Below are positions 29,513 through 38,598 of a DNA stretch of 64,000 nucleotides, one piece after another (the stretch's first letter is position 1; each line of letters begins with the position of its first letter). The notes beneath the pieces were generated by a model. That model was given only the letters and a program-made list of their open reading frames with translations, did not search any database and had not been told where the DNA came from. The stretch lies in the IMG/VR virus record IMGVR_UViG_3300046808_001241, positions 62,001-126,000 of that record, one strand, 5' to 3'. Both the position numbers and the translations under genes were made by a program.

Positions 29513-31093
29513 ATGGATTACCGCTTAAAATCTTTGTATGAGCAGATGCTTAGAGGAGAGACTGTTAAACAAAACTCTAAAGGGCAACCTAAAAATTTAA
29601 CAGAGGCCTATAAAAAAACAGTCTTAACAGAAAGAACAGCATTTTATGCAAAAGATATAGCTGCTGGAGAAGAAATTCCAAATATACAAGGGTTGGAAAA
29701 TTTAGGAGCAGTTGAAGAGCCTTTAAAAATAAAGCACACCATTGCCTCTCAATCCGTATTGCCTACTCTAGAAAAAGCAATGTCAAAAGAAATATCTGGG
29801 TGGGGAGCAATCAAAGGAGTTGATGTTGATCGCCTTGCAAAAGATTTCATTGTAGCTAAAGTGTCTGGTTCGGATTTGGAAAAAATTACCGCTCACAAAA
29901 AGGAATTGACAGCATTTGAGGAAGCAGTTACAAAACCAGTACCGTTCAATTTAGTAACCGTCATAACAACAGACATCAAAACAAAAACTGATGTAGAAGC
30001 AACTCCCGAAAGTTTGGGTATGATTTTTAAACGGTTGTTTGAAGAGGAGGGAACTATTTCAGGGACTGCAGTAGGAAAGGGAGAGTTGGCTATTTCGTTA
30101 TTTACAAATTGTTCTAAAGGAAAAACTGGAGACTTGCTGCTTCCTTCTGGAAGAACTATTGAAGTTAAAGGCAAAGGCGGAAGACTCGGCCCTGCTGAAC
30201 ATTCTCAGTCAAATACGGCTAGAGATTTAGCTCAATTTTTGCAAACAAAAAAATCTGATCAAAAACTCAATGTAGAAATGGTTCGGTTAAAAACTTCCAT
30301 TCGCAAATTTGCTAACGAATTAGAAAAAGAAGAATTATATTCACAAGTTTTTAATGACTCTTTAAAAGAAACGTTAAATCAAATTGCTGACAGCATAGAC
30401 AATCCAAAAATTTCCGAGTTTCTTCAGCAAAAAGGTTTTAAGGAAATTTACAGAGGGGGTTCAGCTTCTTCTGAGAAGATATACAACGATTTTACTAAAT
30501 TGGGATATTTGAAACCAAAGCCTCAAGACGTACCTACAGCTCCAATAGAAAAAGATTTTATAAAAACAATACAAGCAAAAATACGAAAATTTTTAACAGA
30601 TAAAGTATTTTTTAAAGGAAACGTTGAAAGAATTACAAGCAAGACCGTTGAACCTCAAGCTATAGCACAACAAACGTTTACCGTAGCTGTACAAAACTTT
30701 TTTCTAAACAATCTCGGATTAACCCCAGAAGAAGCAGCTGAAGCATTTTTATATACAAAATCCTATAATAAAGACGTTTCTCGATATTTGCCTGAAATTA
30801 AAGAATACTTTAGTAAGCATTACGCTTCAATGACGGAAGGAGACTCGACTTATTTAAAAGCAGCTATTTTTGCATTCCAACTAACTCTTTACGCTCATGC
30901 AGGAGAAGCAGGACAACATTTTGATTATTTTATGATTATGAATAATTCCTCTATGAACGCTCTTTCGTTGGATGTTAATAGAGAAAATTTATTTACATAT
31001 CTTGCTGCTGTTTATTTAAATAATACCGACAAAATTGAAATGTCGATTAGAGCTGATGGTAGACAGGGAGCATCTGCTGTTACTTTAAAATAG
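29513..31093 (+). CDS. large hypothetical protein with a PD-(D/E)xK-like motif
   Basis: VGKGELAI, GDL......IEVK motif. Confidence 0.55.
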   Translation: MDYRLKSLYEQMLRGETVKQNSKGQPKNLTEAYKKTVLTERTAFYAKDIAAGEEIPNIQGLENLGAVEEPLKIKHTIASQSVLPTLEKAMSKEISGWGAIKGVDVDRLAKDFIVAKVSGSDLEKITAHKKELTAFEEAVTKPVPFNLVTVITTDIKTKTDVEATPESLGMIFKRLFEEEGTISGTAVGKGELAISLFTNCSKGKTGDLLLPSGRTIEVKGKGGRLGPAEHSQSNTARDLAQFLQTKKSDQKLNVEMVRLKTSIRKFANELEKEELYSQVFNDSLKETLNQIADSIDNPKISEFLQQKGFKEIYRGGSASSEKIYNDFTKLGYLKPKPQDVPTAPIEKDFIKTIQAKIRKFLTDKVFFKGNVERITSKTVEPQAIAQQTFTVAVQNFFLNNLGLTPEEAAEAFLYTKSYNKDVSRYLPEIKEYFSKHYASMTEGDSTYLKAAIFAFQLTLYAHAGEAGQHFDYFMIMNNSSMNALSLDVNRENLFTYLAAVYLNNTDKIEMSIRADGRQGASAVTLK

Positions 31094-31096
31094 TAG

Positions 31097-31125
31097 TTGT
31101 CTAGTCCTCGCAAGTCTCGTAGCAT
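31097..31125 (+). promoter_or_regulatory. sigma70-type promoter for the denV-like gene
   Basis: TTGTCT-17-TAGCAT, 6 nt before GTG. Confidence 0.55.
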
Positions 31126-31131
31126 TGGTTT

Positions 31132-31659
31132 GTGAACATTTTTTGCACAAACACAGACCCAGTCATTTCCGCTCAAGAACTTTGTGATCAGCATTGCCGT
31201 TCTAAAATGCAAATTGAGTCAGCTATTCTTTTGCAGCATTGTTTTTCGAACGAAACTCTAAAGTCTGCTCCTCCTACCAAAAAAGGCACTCCTCGCAAAT
31301 CTGGGAAAGGTTACTTTAATCATCCTTGCTCGGTTTGGACGCGGGAATCTAAGGCAAATTTCGAGTGGTTAGTGGAGCATGCACTAGAAATGTTTAATGA
31401 GCGAGACTATCGCTGGCCAAGTTCCTCTGCACACTTTACAAAAACGTTTATCGAATGGTGCAGAGACAATATTGACAAAACTGATCACTGCAAAGGAACT
31501 AAGCTAACTCCTTTTGCTATTGCAATTAATCCTGAGTCTAAATGTAAGCAGATTAAAGGTTTTGACCAACTTCCAACAGTAGACAAATACAAACTATATA
31601 TTCAGCACGATAAGTCTTTCGCTACATGGTCAAAGCGTTCTAAGCCTTCTTGGTATTAG
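31132..31659 (+). CDS. denV: pyrimidine-dimer DNA glycosylase/endonuclease V-like protein
   Basis: MNIF.....P...A...CD.H..KM.IE...LL, HPC..W.R.S..NF.WL motifs. Confidence 0.7.
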   Translation: MNIFCTNTDPVISAQELCDQHCRSKMQIESAILLQHCFSNETLKSAPPTKKGTPRKSGKGYFNHPCSVWTRESKANFEWLVEHALEMFNERDYRWPSSSAHFTKTFIEWCRDNIDKTDHCKGTKLTPFAIAINPESKCKQIKGFDQLPTVDKYKLYIQHDKSFATWSKRSKPSWY

Positions 31660-31774
31660 ACTTTTTCTTTACGCAATTAGGAACTATTTTCTTGCCTTTT
31701 TTCTTTGTTCCCTTTTGCTCATACCCCTTCCAGCACTTTTCTAGTAACATATTCACGAGATTGTTAAACTTCAT
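31640..31774 (-). CDS. small basic protein with a CWKGY..VPNCV motif (44 aa, missing from the ORF track)
   Basis: MKFNNLVNMLLEKCWKGYEQKGTKKKGKKIVPNCVKKKSNTKKA; TAAATA-N5-ATG. Confidence 0.7.
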   Translation of the reverse strand: MKFNNLVNMLLEKCWKGYEQKGTKKKGKKIVPNCVKKKSNTKKA

Positions 31775-31779
31775 ACGCT

Positions 31780-31792
31780 TATTTAATAAATA
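31780..31792. promoter_or_regulatory. back-to-back late promoter motifs (tatttaataaata)
   Basis: TAAATA on each strand, each exactly 5 nt from a divergent ATG (31774 on -, 31798 on +). Confidence 0.7.
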
Positions 31793-31797
31793 AGAAT

Positions 31798-33051
31798 ATG
31801 ATAGAAACTTCATTTAGAAGCTTTTTTGGACAAGCTTCTGAACAAATTATTTTAAAAGAACAAGCTGAGGGAGTATTAAAGCATCTTACTCACTTAGAAG
31901 AGCTCGTGTTGACATCTAAGAAGCAAGGGTTGGGAATTGCTATTCAATTTTTAAAAGAATTGTATGATGTGTTGAAGGGAAAGACGGACTCTACAACTTT
32001 CGTAACTGTCAAGTGGGATGGAGCTCCAAGCGCGATTGTGGGAATCAATCCAGAAAACAATCAATTTTTCGTATCAACAAAGAGTCTAGCCAACGTTAGT
32101 CCAAAAATTAACTACACAGAAGAAGATATTAACAAAAATCACGGACACGCTCCAGGCCTAGCAGAAAAATTAAAAATGGCTTTGAAGTATCTTCCTGCAG
32201 TTATTAAAGACGGAATTTATCAAGGAGACTTTTTATTTGATAAAAGAGACCTTAAACAACAAAATATTGACGGAGAAGACCTTATTTTATTCAAACCAAA
32301 CACGATTACATATGCTATTGATCAACACAGTGCTTTAGGACAAAGAATATCAAACGCTCAAATAGGAATTATTTTTCATACAAAATATACCGGAACCAGT
32401 TTACAGAATTTGAAAAAGGGTTCGGATGTTAGTGCATCCGAATTCAATCAAACGCAAGATGTTTTTGTTGATGATGCTAAATTCAAAGACATTTCCGGAT
32501 TAGCAACGTTTACAAAAGATGAGTCAGAGAAGTTTGAAACTCTTATTGATTCTTGTGAAACAGCCGGTAATAGAATTGGCTGGGAAGAAATTCCAGAAAA
32601 CGTTTATACAAATCTCAATACTTTTATTAATAGTTTGATTCGTCAAGGTAGATTTGTTCAAAAGCCTCAAGATGAGTTTAATAACTTTATTAAATGGATT
32701 AAAGAAAAGGGACAAAAAGCGGTTGATCTACTTAAAACAGAAAAAGGAAAACAAAAGAAGCAAGAAGCAGTTGACCAATTTGTTCAAATCATAGAACAAA
32801 GCCAAAACGACATCATAAACTTGTTTAATCTATCAAAAAAGCTCGAACAAGCAAAGATGTTGTTCATTAACAAATACAATTCTGCTGTTAAAACAAAACA
32901 ATTTTTAACTCAACCTGACGGATCTTTAAAAGTGACAGCTCCAGAAGGATATGTTGCTGTTGATCACTTAGGCAATATGGTAAAATTTGTATCCAGATTA
33001 GATTTTTCAGCAGCCAATTTTTCAGTTTCTAAAGGAGAAAAGTTTAAATGA
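31798..33051 (+). CDS. DUF6267-like protein with a ligase/nucleotidyltransferase motif I (KWDG)
   Basis: HLTHLEE, TVKWDGAP, FFVSTKS, QGDFLF, F.PNTITY, PEGYVA..K. Confidence 0.7.
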   Translation: MIETSFRSFFGQASEQIILKEQAEGVLKHLTHLEELVLTSKKQGLGIAIQFLKELYDVLKGKTDSTTFVTVKWDGAPSAIVGINPENNQFFVSTKSLANVSPKINYTEEDINKNHGHAPGLAEKLKMALKYLPAVIKDGIYQGDFLFDKRDLKQQNIDGEDLILFKPNTITYAIDQHSALGQRISNAQIGIIFHTKYTGTSLQNLKKGSDVSASEFNQTQDVFVDDAKFKDISGLATFTKDESEKFETLIDSCETAGNRIGWEEIPENVYTNLNTFINSLIRQGRFVQKPQDEFNNFIKWIKEKGQKAVDLLKTEKGKQKKQEAVDQFVQIIEQSQNDIINLFNLSKKLEQAKMLFINKYNSAVKTKQFLTQPDGSLKVTAPEGYVAVDHLGNMVKFVSRLDFSAANFSVSKGEKFK

Positions 33052-33656
33052 AAACCTTTCGCCAATTCTTTTTAGAGTCCATAAAAGATACAGTAGTGTT
33101 CGCATATGGTCGTTACAATCCTCCAACTGTTGGTCATATGAAGTTAATTGAAGCAGTCGTGAACGCTGCAAAGAAAAATAATTCTGATTATTTGATTGTG
33201 CCTTCCCACTCAACAAAACCATTAGATAAAAACCCTTTAACTGTAGATCAGAAGATCGAAATTCTGAAACACATGGTTCCCGACTCTGCAAAAGTATCTG
33301 CTTTTGGGTCGACATATATTAATACTCTTCAAAAGCTTCAAGAAATGGGCTTTCAAAACGTTATTCAGGTCTGTGGATCTGACAGAGAGCCAGAGTTTAA
33401 AAGACTGGTAGATATGTATAACGGAAAACCAGATAAAACGGGAAAAGTTCCATTTAATTTTCAATCATTTACTTTTATTTCTTCTGGAGACAGAGATCCA
33501 GATTCGGAAGGAGTAGAAGGAATGAGTGCTTCTAAACTGAGAAAATTAGCTATAGAAGGAAATGTGGACGAATTTAAACGTGGAATGGCTGATTCAGTTC
33601 CTGATGAGATTAAAACCAGCACTTATAATATTCTTAGAAAAATTCTTGCAAAATAA
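33048..33656 (+). CDS. HIGH-superfamily (cytidylyltransferase-like) nucleotidyltransferase
   Basis: GRYNPPTVGH, GSDR, RDPD.EG.EGMSASKLR. Confidence 0.85.
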   Translation: MKTFRQFFLESIKDTVVFAYGRYNPPTVGHMKLIEAVVNAAKKNNSDYLIVPSHSTKPLDKNPLTVDQKIEILKHMVPDSAKVSAFGSTYINTLQKLQEMGFQNVIQVCGSDREPEFKRLVDMYNGKPDKTGKVPFNFQSFTFISSGDRDPDSEGVEGMSASKLRKLAIEGNVDEFKRGMADSVPDEIKTSTYNILRKILAK

Positions 33657-33667
33657 TAAATAAACGT

Positions 33668-34522
33668 ATGACAAAAGAGTTTGATACATTATTAGAACAA
33701 ATGCTCAGTGAAATGATGCCTGCTGATATCGAAGGCATGGGCGGACTCGGAGGAGCTGTAAAGCAAGTTAAAGCTGGAGTTCCCGAAGGAGAACCAAAGG
33801 GCCATTGGGCTCCTCTTCAAAAATTAAGCCCTGAAGACAGAGACAAGGTTCTTGAGGAAATTTTTAAAGAAGTTTTTTCTGAAAAAGAAAATACATACGC
33901 TCCAACAGTAGATAATCCCGAAGATCTTCATGGAGCAATTCAATCAGCAATTCAATCCGTTTCCGGTAAGACTGGTTTAAAGGCTTCTGGAAAATGGGCA
34001 GCAAAGTTCTTAGCCGATCGTTTGATGACTCTTTTGAAAAACAACGTCAAATACACTACTTCGAGTGGTGTTGAGTCCCTTCAAAAAGAAATGACTCAAA
34101 AAGAATTCAAGCAAGCTCTCAAACAAGCTTTAGAAGAAGCTCCTGAAGCAGAGACTGCTACGGAAGAACCAGCAGCTGAACAAGCTCCAAAATCAAATGC
34201 AGAGATGGTTTACATGAAATCCGCTGATCTTAATTCAGATGATGCAGATCTCCAAAAAGCTTTTAACAAACTTCCAGCAGACAAAGAGATGTCATGGGAA
34301 GAGGTTTTAAAATCAGTCGGAATGACAAAAGGCCTTGCTTTAATCGACGCAGGCGGACTTACAGAAACAGAAAAAGAAGTTGAAGCTGGAGAAGAAGAGT
34401 ATGGTTCTGAGCAGAAAGAATTAGAACTAGACGACGAAGACGATGCCGACTTGTCTAAGTTCGATCGACTTATTGATCCGTACTTTAGAACAACTAAAGG
34501 TAGTTACGAGCTCCCAGATTGA
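33668..34522 (+). CDS. acidic hypothetical protein, probably virion
   Basis: TAAATA-N5-ATG; N-terminus FDTLLEQMLSE. Confidence 0.6.
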   Translation: MTKEFDTLLEQMLSEMMPADIEGMGGLGGAVKQVKAGVPEGEPKGHWAPLQKLSPEDRDKVLEEIFKEVFSEKENTYAPTVDNPEDLHGAIQSAIQSVSGKTGLKASGKWAAKFLADRLMTLLKNNVKYTTSSGVESLQKEMTQKEFKQALKQALEEAPEAETATEEPAAEQAPKSNAEMVYMKSADLNSDDADLQKAFNKLPADKEMSWEEVLKSVGMTKGLALIDAGGLTETEKEVEAGEEEYGSEQKELELDDEDDADLSKFDRLIDPYFRTTKGSYELPD

Positions 34523-34529
34523 TAAATAG

Positions 34530-35825
34530 TTGCAGGATCCTGCAATGATTAAATATACTTACGACTGGGAGATTCTTACTATGACGAACATGCTGCTAAA
34601 TAGCATGTCAGACATCGTAGTTAAAAGATTCAATGTACATAAAGAACCGAGAGATCGAATCAAGGTTCGCATTGTATATGCTCCCAAGCAAAGAGTTTTA
34701 GCTGATTTGCTTGATAGAGATCAGAACTTACAATTGCCTGTAATGGCTGTAAATATTGGAGGGATAACAAGAGATACTTCCCGCGTATACAATAAAATTC
34801 TCGGTTCGTTTCAAAGCTCTACAGGCTCTACAGTCAGTTACAATGAACGGTCTCCTCTTCCCATAGATATTACATACAATGTATCAATAATGACGAGATA
34901 TCAGGAAGATATGGATCAGATTTTATCACATTTGCTTCCATACGTTAATCCTTATTTTACAATTTCGTGGAGAACTCCTCTAAGACCAGAACATGAAATT
35001 AGATCAAACGTGTTTTGGAACGGCAATGTCAATGTTCAATATCCAAATGATACAACCGCAACACAAGTAGCAAGAGTTGTTGCTGATCTTTCCTTTGTAT
35101 TTAAAGGATGGATGTTCCAAGCTAAACCAGATGATCCAATCGGAAACATTCACGTTATACACTCAACTTATACTGATAATACGAGAGGTATTTCTGAAGA
35201 ATATTTACTTGAAACCGCTGTAAGAGAATCTACTGATATATCCGATTACATTAGACATGATGGAGTTCCTCCTCAACCCAAGATCGTCGATCCTTATTAC
35301 GTTTCTGTTGGAGAAACAAAACAATTTAATCTTGTAGGAAACGCGTTTACGGTGCTAAACAATGTATATCTTTCCGGACATCCTCTTGAGTATCTTTCTA
35401 CTACTCACGCTCCTTTTTCCAATTCCCCTGAATTATCAGCTGATTATCCTCCTTTCACTGCTGTCAAGTTGTTAACGTCTGATTGGTTCTACAATAAAGA
35501 AACGCTTTGTTCATTTATCATGCCTCCTCCACACTGTGTAGGCCGGGTTGATGTAATTTTAGAAGGACCAGTTGGATACGGTAAACTCACAGAATATGTT
35601 AGAATTAATACGTTTAATCCTTTTGTTAGCGGAACTTCTCAATATAATGCTTTCGTTCCTTATCAATTTCCGTTCTTGTCAGGTATTGAAGTTAGACAAG
35701 CTGATGGAACAACGTTTGATTTTGTGTCTTTAAGTGGATCTATTTTATTAGACGGAAGCGTTGGATTCCTGCTTCAAGAAGATGGCTCAAAATTAAATCT
35801 CAATCAAACATTAAGTACTTGTTAA
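34530..35825 (+). CDS. gp15: tail completion/sheath stabilizer gp15-like with C-terminal extension
   Basis: VRIVYAPKQR, LP.M.V...GI.RD, P.DI.Y.VSIMTRYQEDMDQIL..LLPY..PY; ATG at 34545 is an alternative start. Confidence 0.8.
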   Translation: MQDPAMIKYTYDWEILTMTNMLLNSMSDIVVKRFNVHKEPRDRIKVRIVYAPKQRVLADLLDRDQNLQLPVMAVNIGGITRDTSRVYNKILGSFQSSTGSTVSYNERSPLPIDITYNVSIMTRYQEDMDQILSHLLPYVNPYFTISWRTPLRPEHEIRSNVFWNGNVNVQYPNDTTATQVARVVADLSFVFKGWMFQAKPDDPIGNIHVIHSTYTDNTRGISEEYLLETAVRESTDISDYIRHDGVPPQPKIVDPYYVSVGETKQFNLVGNAFTVLNNVYLSGHPLEYLSTTHAPFSNSPELSADYPPFTAVKLLTSDWFYNKETLCSFIMPPPHCVGRVDVILEGPVGYGKLTEYVRINTFNPFVSGTSQYNAFVPYQFPFLSGIEVRQADGTTFDFVSLSGSILLDGSVGFLLQEDGSKLNLNQTLSTC

Positions 35826-35829
35826 TATT

Positions 35830-36723
35830 ATGGCAGATCTTAAAATATCAGAACTTACCTTAGCTACAACTGTTTCTGGAACAGATGTTGTAGCGATTGT
35901 TAATCAAGGAATTACTAAAAAAGCAACTCTTGATACGCTTTTCAACGCCTCAAGTGCTTCTTATGCTCCATATATCCAGCAAGTAGTACAACCTGTTTCG
36001 ACTTTAGTTCAAACAAATTCTGCAGCATGGAATTATGCATATGTTCAAGTAAACACAAATGCAGCAGAATGGACTGATCACGTTATTTCAAACGAAAACG
36101 TAGCAATTGGGCCATTGAATATGGAACTAATTACTACAGGACATAAAAATACATCAGTTGGAGTAAAAGCTCTTTCTGCGATAACAGTAGGTTCAGGAAA
36201 CGTAGCTGTTGGTTATCAATCTTTATTTTCAACAACATCGGGAAGTGGAAATACAGCAGTTGGTTATAATGCTGGTTATGCAAATGTGGTTGGAGTTAAC
36301 AATACATACATTGGCAATCAAGCAACTGGTAATTGTCCTGATGAGTCAAATGTTATTACTTTAGGAAACTCATCCATTAAAACGCTTCGCTGCCAAGCTG
36401 CAACCATTACTAGCATTTCAGATGCAAGAGATAAAAAAGATATTGTTCCTTTAGAAGTTGGTTTAGATTTTATTAACTCATTGCATCCTGTTGAGTTTAC
36501 ATGGAATATGAGAGATGGAGGTAAAACCAAAACCAAAGACATCGGCTTTATAGCTCAACAATTACTTCAAGCTCAAGAAGAAACGACTCACACTATTCCT
36601 GGTCTCGTTAACGATGCAAATACAGAACATTTGGAAGCTTCTTATGGAAAATTAATTCCTGTGTTAGTCAAAGCAATTCAAGAACTTGCACAAGAAGTCA
36701 AAGAGCTTAAAAAAGTTCGATAG
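35830..36723 (+). CDS. tail fibre/spike with a C-terminal intramolecular chaperone (peptidase S74-like)
   Basis: MADLKISEL start, N.AVG...L..NT.G repeats, SDARDKKDI..L.P.EF.W..GFIAQ. Confidence 0.85.
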   Translation: MADLKISELTLATTVSGTDVVAIVNQGITKKATLDTLFNASSASYAPYIQQVVQPVSTLVQTNSAAWNYAYVQVNTNAAEWTDHVISNENVAIGPLNMELITTGHKNTSVGVKALSAITVGSGNVAVGYQSLFSTTSGSGNTAVGYNAGYANVVGVNNTYIGNQATGNCPDESNVITLGNSSIKTLRCQAATITSISDARDKKDIVPLEVGLDFINSLHPVEFTWNMRDGGKTKTKDIGFIAQQLLQAQEETTHTIPGLVNDANTEHLEASYGKLIPVLVKAIQELAQEVKELKKVR

Positions 36724-36754
36724 TTGACATTAAAACAATGTATTGGATTATAAA
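36724..36754 (+). promoter_or_regulatory. sigma70-type promoter
   Basis: TTGACA-19-TATAAA, 6 nt before ATG 36761. Confidence 0.5.
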
Positions 36755-36760
36755 AGTCCA

Positions 36761-36982
36761 ATGAACACATACATTAAACCAATCGAACACATCACTGGAC
36801 GCAAAACCCAACTCGACTCTGGACTTACAGTTGCTCGTAAGATCAAGATGATTAGTCGTCACTTGAATCCCTCGAAGTACGAGTTTCTCGGCTTCCTTGA
36901 TCGTACCAATGAGGCCATTCTTCGTCCTCGTTACCACAACGTCCGCAACTCCCTCGGTCAGTTTGCGCCAGTTGCAGAGTAA
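36761..36982 (+). CDS. small basic hypothetical protein in its own transcription unit
   Basis: Flanked by a promoter and a terminator; C-ending codon bias. Confidence 0.6.
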   Translation: MNTYIKPIEHITGRKTQLDSGLTVARKIKMISRHLNPSKYEFLGFLDRTNEAILRPRYHNVRNSLGQFAPVAE

Positions 36983-36999
36983 TAGAAAATAAACCTAAA

Positions 37000-37040
37000 A
37001 AAAAAGACCCTTTGCTGTTGCATTGGGTCTTTTTTCTTTT
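37000..37040 (+). terminator. intrinsic terminator (probably bidirectional)
   Basis: aaaaaagaccc / gggtctttttt inverted repeat with T and A tracts. Confidence 0.7.
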
Positions 37041-37052
37041 ATACTAGAAGAG

Positions 37053-37397
37053 ATGACTACAAACATTATCGTAAAATTGCAGTACGAAGCCCTTCATAAT
37101 TGGCCAGGAGTCGTTAATGTATTGCCTGACAAGCCTTGGATTCACATGCTTAAAGACAAGCATCGACATATATTTCATATTACTTTGGAAAAACAAGTAA
37201 CTCACTCCGATAGAGATGTTGAAATTATTTTGTTTAAACAGGAAGTGCTTCGCAAGCTTGAAGTATTTTTTGGAAGACCAGGAGATTTAGGTGCAATGTC
37301 CTGTGAAATGCTTGCAGAGCAGCTTCTGAAAGAATATGATTGCAATTCAGTAGAAGTGCTTGAAGATAACGAAAACGGAGCTAAAGTCTATAAATGA
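37053..37397 (+). CDS. queD: QueD/PTPS-like T-fold protein
   Basis: LHNWP, HRHIFH Zn-histidines, SCE.LAE, VEV.ED.ENGA; ATG at 37053. Confidence 0.65.
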   Translation: MTTNIIVKLQYEALHNWPGVVNVLPDKPWIHMLKDKHRHIFHITLEKQVTHSDRDVEIILFKQEVLRKLEVFFGRPGDLGAMSCEMLAEQLLKEYDCNSVEVLEDNENGAKVYK

Positions 37398-37810
37398 TTT
37401 CATTCGTCTGTGGTCAGCTTTGTTCTGGTAAAACTCTTTATTCTAGAGCTCTTGCGCATACGTCATCAGCTCATTATGTAGAAGTCGGAGATGTGGTGAG
37501 AATGATAAAAATTAGTCAAGATCGCAAGGTACTTCAAAACTCAAAAGAGCTATCCGGAGCAATTGTAAATTGGATTAAGAAAAGTTGTAATGAACACACG
37601 GAGCTTGTTGTATCTGGTGTACGTCAAAAAGAAATTTTGGAAAATTTTCCAAATTCTACTTTACTTTGGATCGAATGTCCGATTAATACTAGAAAAGAGC
37701 GATATCAAAAGCGTGCTCGTGTTGGAGATACGCAAACGTTTGAAGAAGCGGAACAAGGAGATATCAATCTTGGAATAATTGACGTCAGAAATTATATTTT
37801 TAGTAAATGA
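37394..37810 (+). CDS. P-loop nucleotide kinase (adenylate/dephospho-CoA kinase-like)
   Basis: GQLCSGKT, GD.VR, SGVR, R..R lid. Confidence 0.75.
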   Translation: MISFVCGQLCSGKTLYSRALAHTSSAHYVEVGDVVRMIKISQDRKVLQNSKELSGAIVNWIKKSCNEHTELVVSGVRQKEILENFPNSTLLWIECPINTRKERYQKRARVGDTQTFEEAEQGDINLGIIDVRNYIFSK

Positions 37811-38598
37811 AATTCTATTGCATACCACCTAATAACCACTTAGATTTGATGGATCAGTCAGAAAGATATTTTGGTCTTGCTCATCTATATCATCAAAACG
37901 AAAAATACAAGAGACATTTTTTAGCACTTCGTAACAGAAGTCCGAAAGTATGGATAACCATGGATTGCGGAAGTGCAGAACATAGTCTTGTTACAGAAGA
38001 TGTTTTGCTAAATATTGTTGCAGAACTCAAGCCAGACGAAGTAATTGCTCCAGATGTTTTGTTTAATAAAGACGAAACACTGAAGAACTTTAAATCGTTT
38101 GTACAAAAAATGTATAACAAAGGTCTTTTGTCGCACACCTCGATATTTGCTTGTCCTCAAGGTTCTAATAAAGAAGAATGGCTGGAGTGTTATTATCAAA
38201 TGGTTGTTAGTCCTTTCGTAAAATGCATTGGTCTTAGTAAAATTGCAGTCCCAAAATGCTGGAATGATGCAGAAGGAGATATAATGATTGGAGTGTCTAG
38301 AAACCAATGTGTAAAGGAACTAATCGACAAACAATGGCTCATTAAACCTCTACATCTTCTTGGAATGGGAGAACATGATGAATTTGAATACTATTTGAAA
38401 AACAGAGTTCCAAACATTCGTAGTTCTGATAGTTGTTACACAGTTCTTGCTGCGATGAACGGTATTGATTTTGAGAGTGGAGATACTTCAAGAGTGCCTA
38501 CAACGAATGCTTACTTTGATGCAACTCTTACAGAAGAACAAGTAAAAATTGCTAAAAAGAACTTTAACTATCTAAAAAACAAATACAAAGACGTATGA
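37807..38598 (+). CDS. TGT/DpdA-like TIM-barrel transglycosylase
   Basis: MDCG (compare DSG), PDV, PQG, LHLLGMG, SSDS motifs in TGT order; adjacent to QueD-like gene. Confidence 0.6.
   Translation: MKFYCIPPNNHLDLMDQSERYFGLAHLYHQNEKYKRHFLALRNRSPKVWITMDCGSAEHSLVTEDVLLNIVAELKPDEVIAPDVLFNKDETLKNFKSFVQKMYNKGLLSHTSIFACPQGSNKEEWLECYYQMVVSPFVKCIGLSKIAVPKCWNDAEGDIMIGVSRNQCVKELIDKQWLIKPLHLLGMGEHDEFEYYLKNRVPNIRSSDSCYTVLAAMNGIDFESGDTSRVPTTNAYFDATLTEEQVKIAKKNFNYLKNKYKDV

Noticed and set aside
33048-33656. Calling the nucleotidyltransferase a known NARP component (Namat/Nmnat)
   Set aside because: No PRPP-synthetase-like or Nampt partner nearby; kept as an unassigned HIGH-family enzyme
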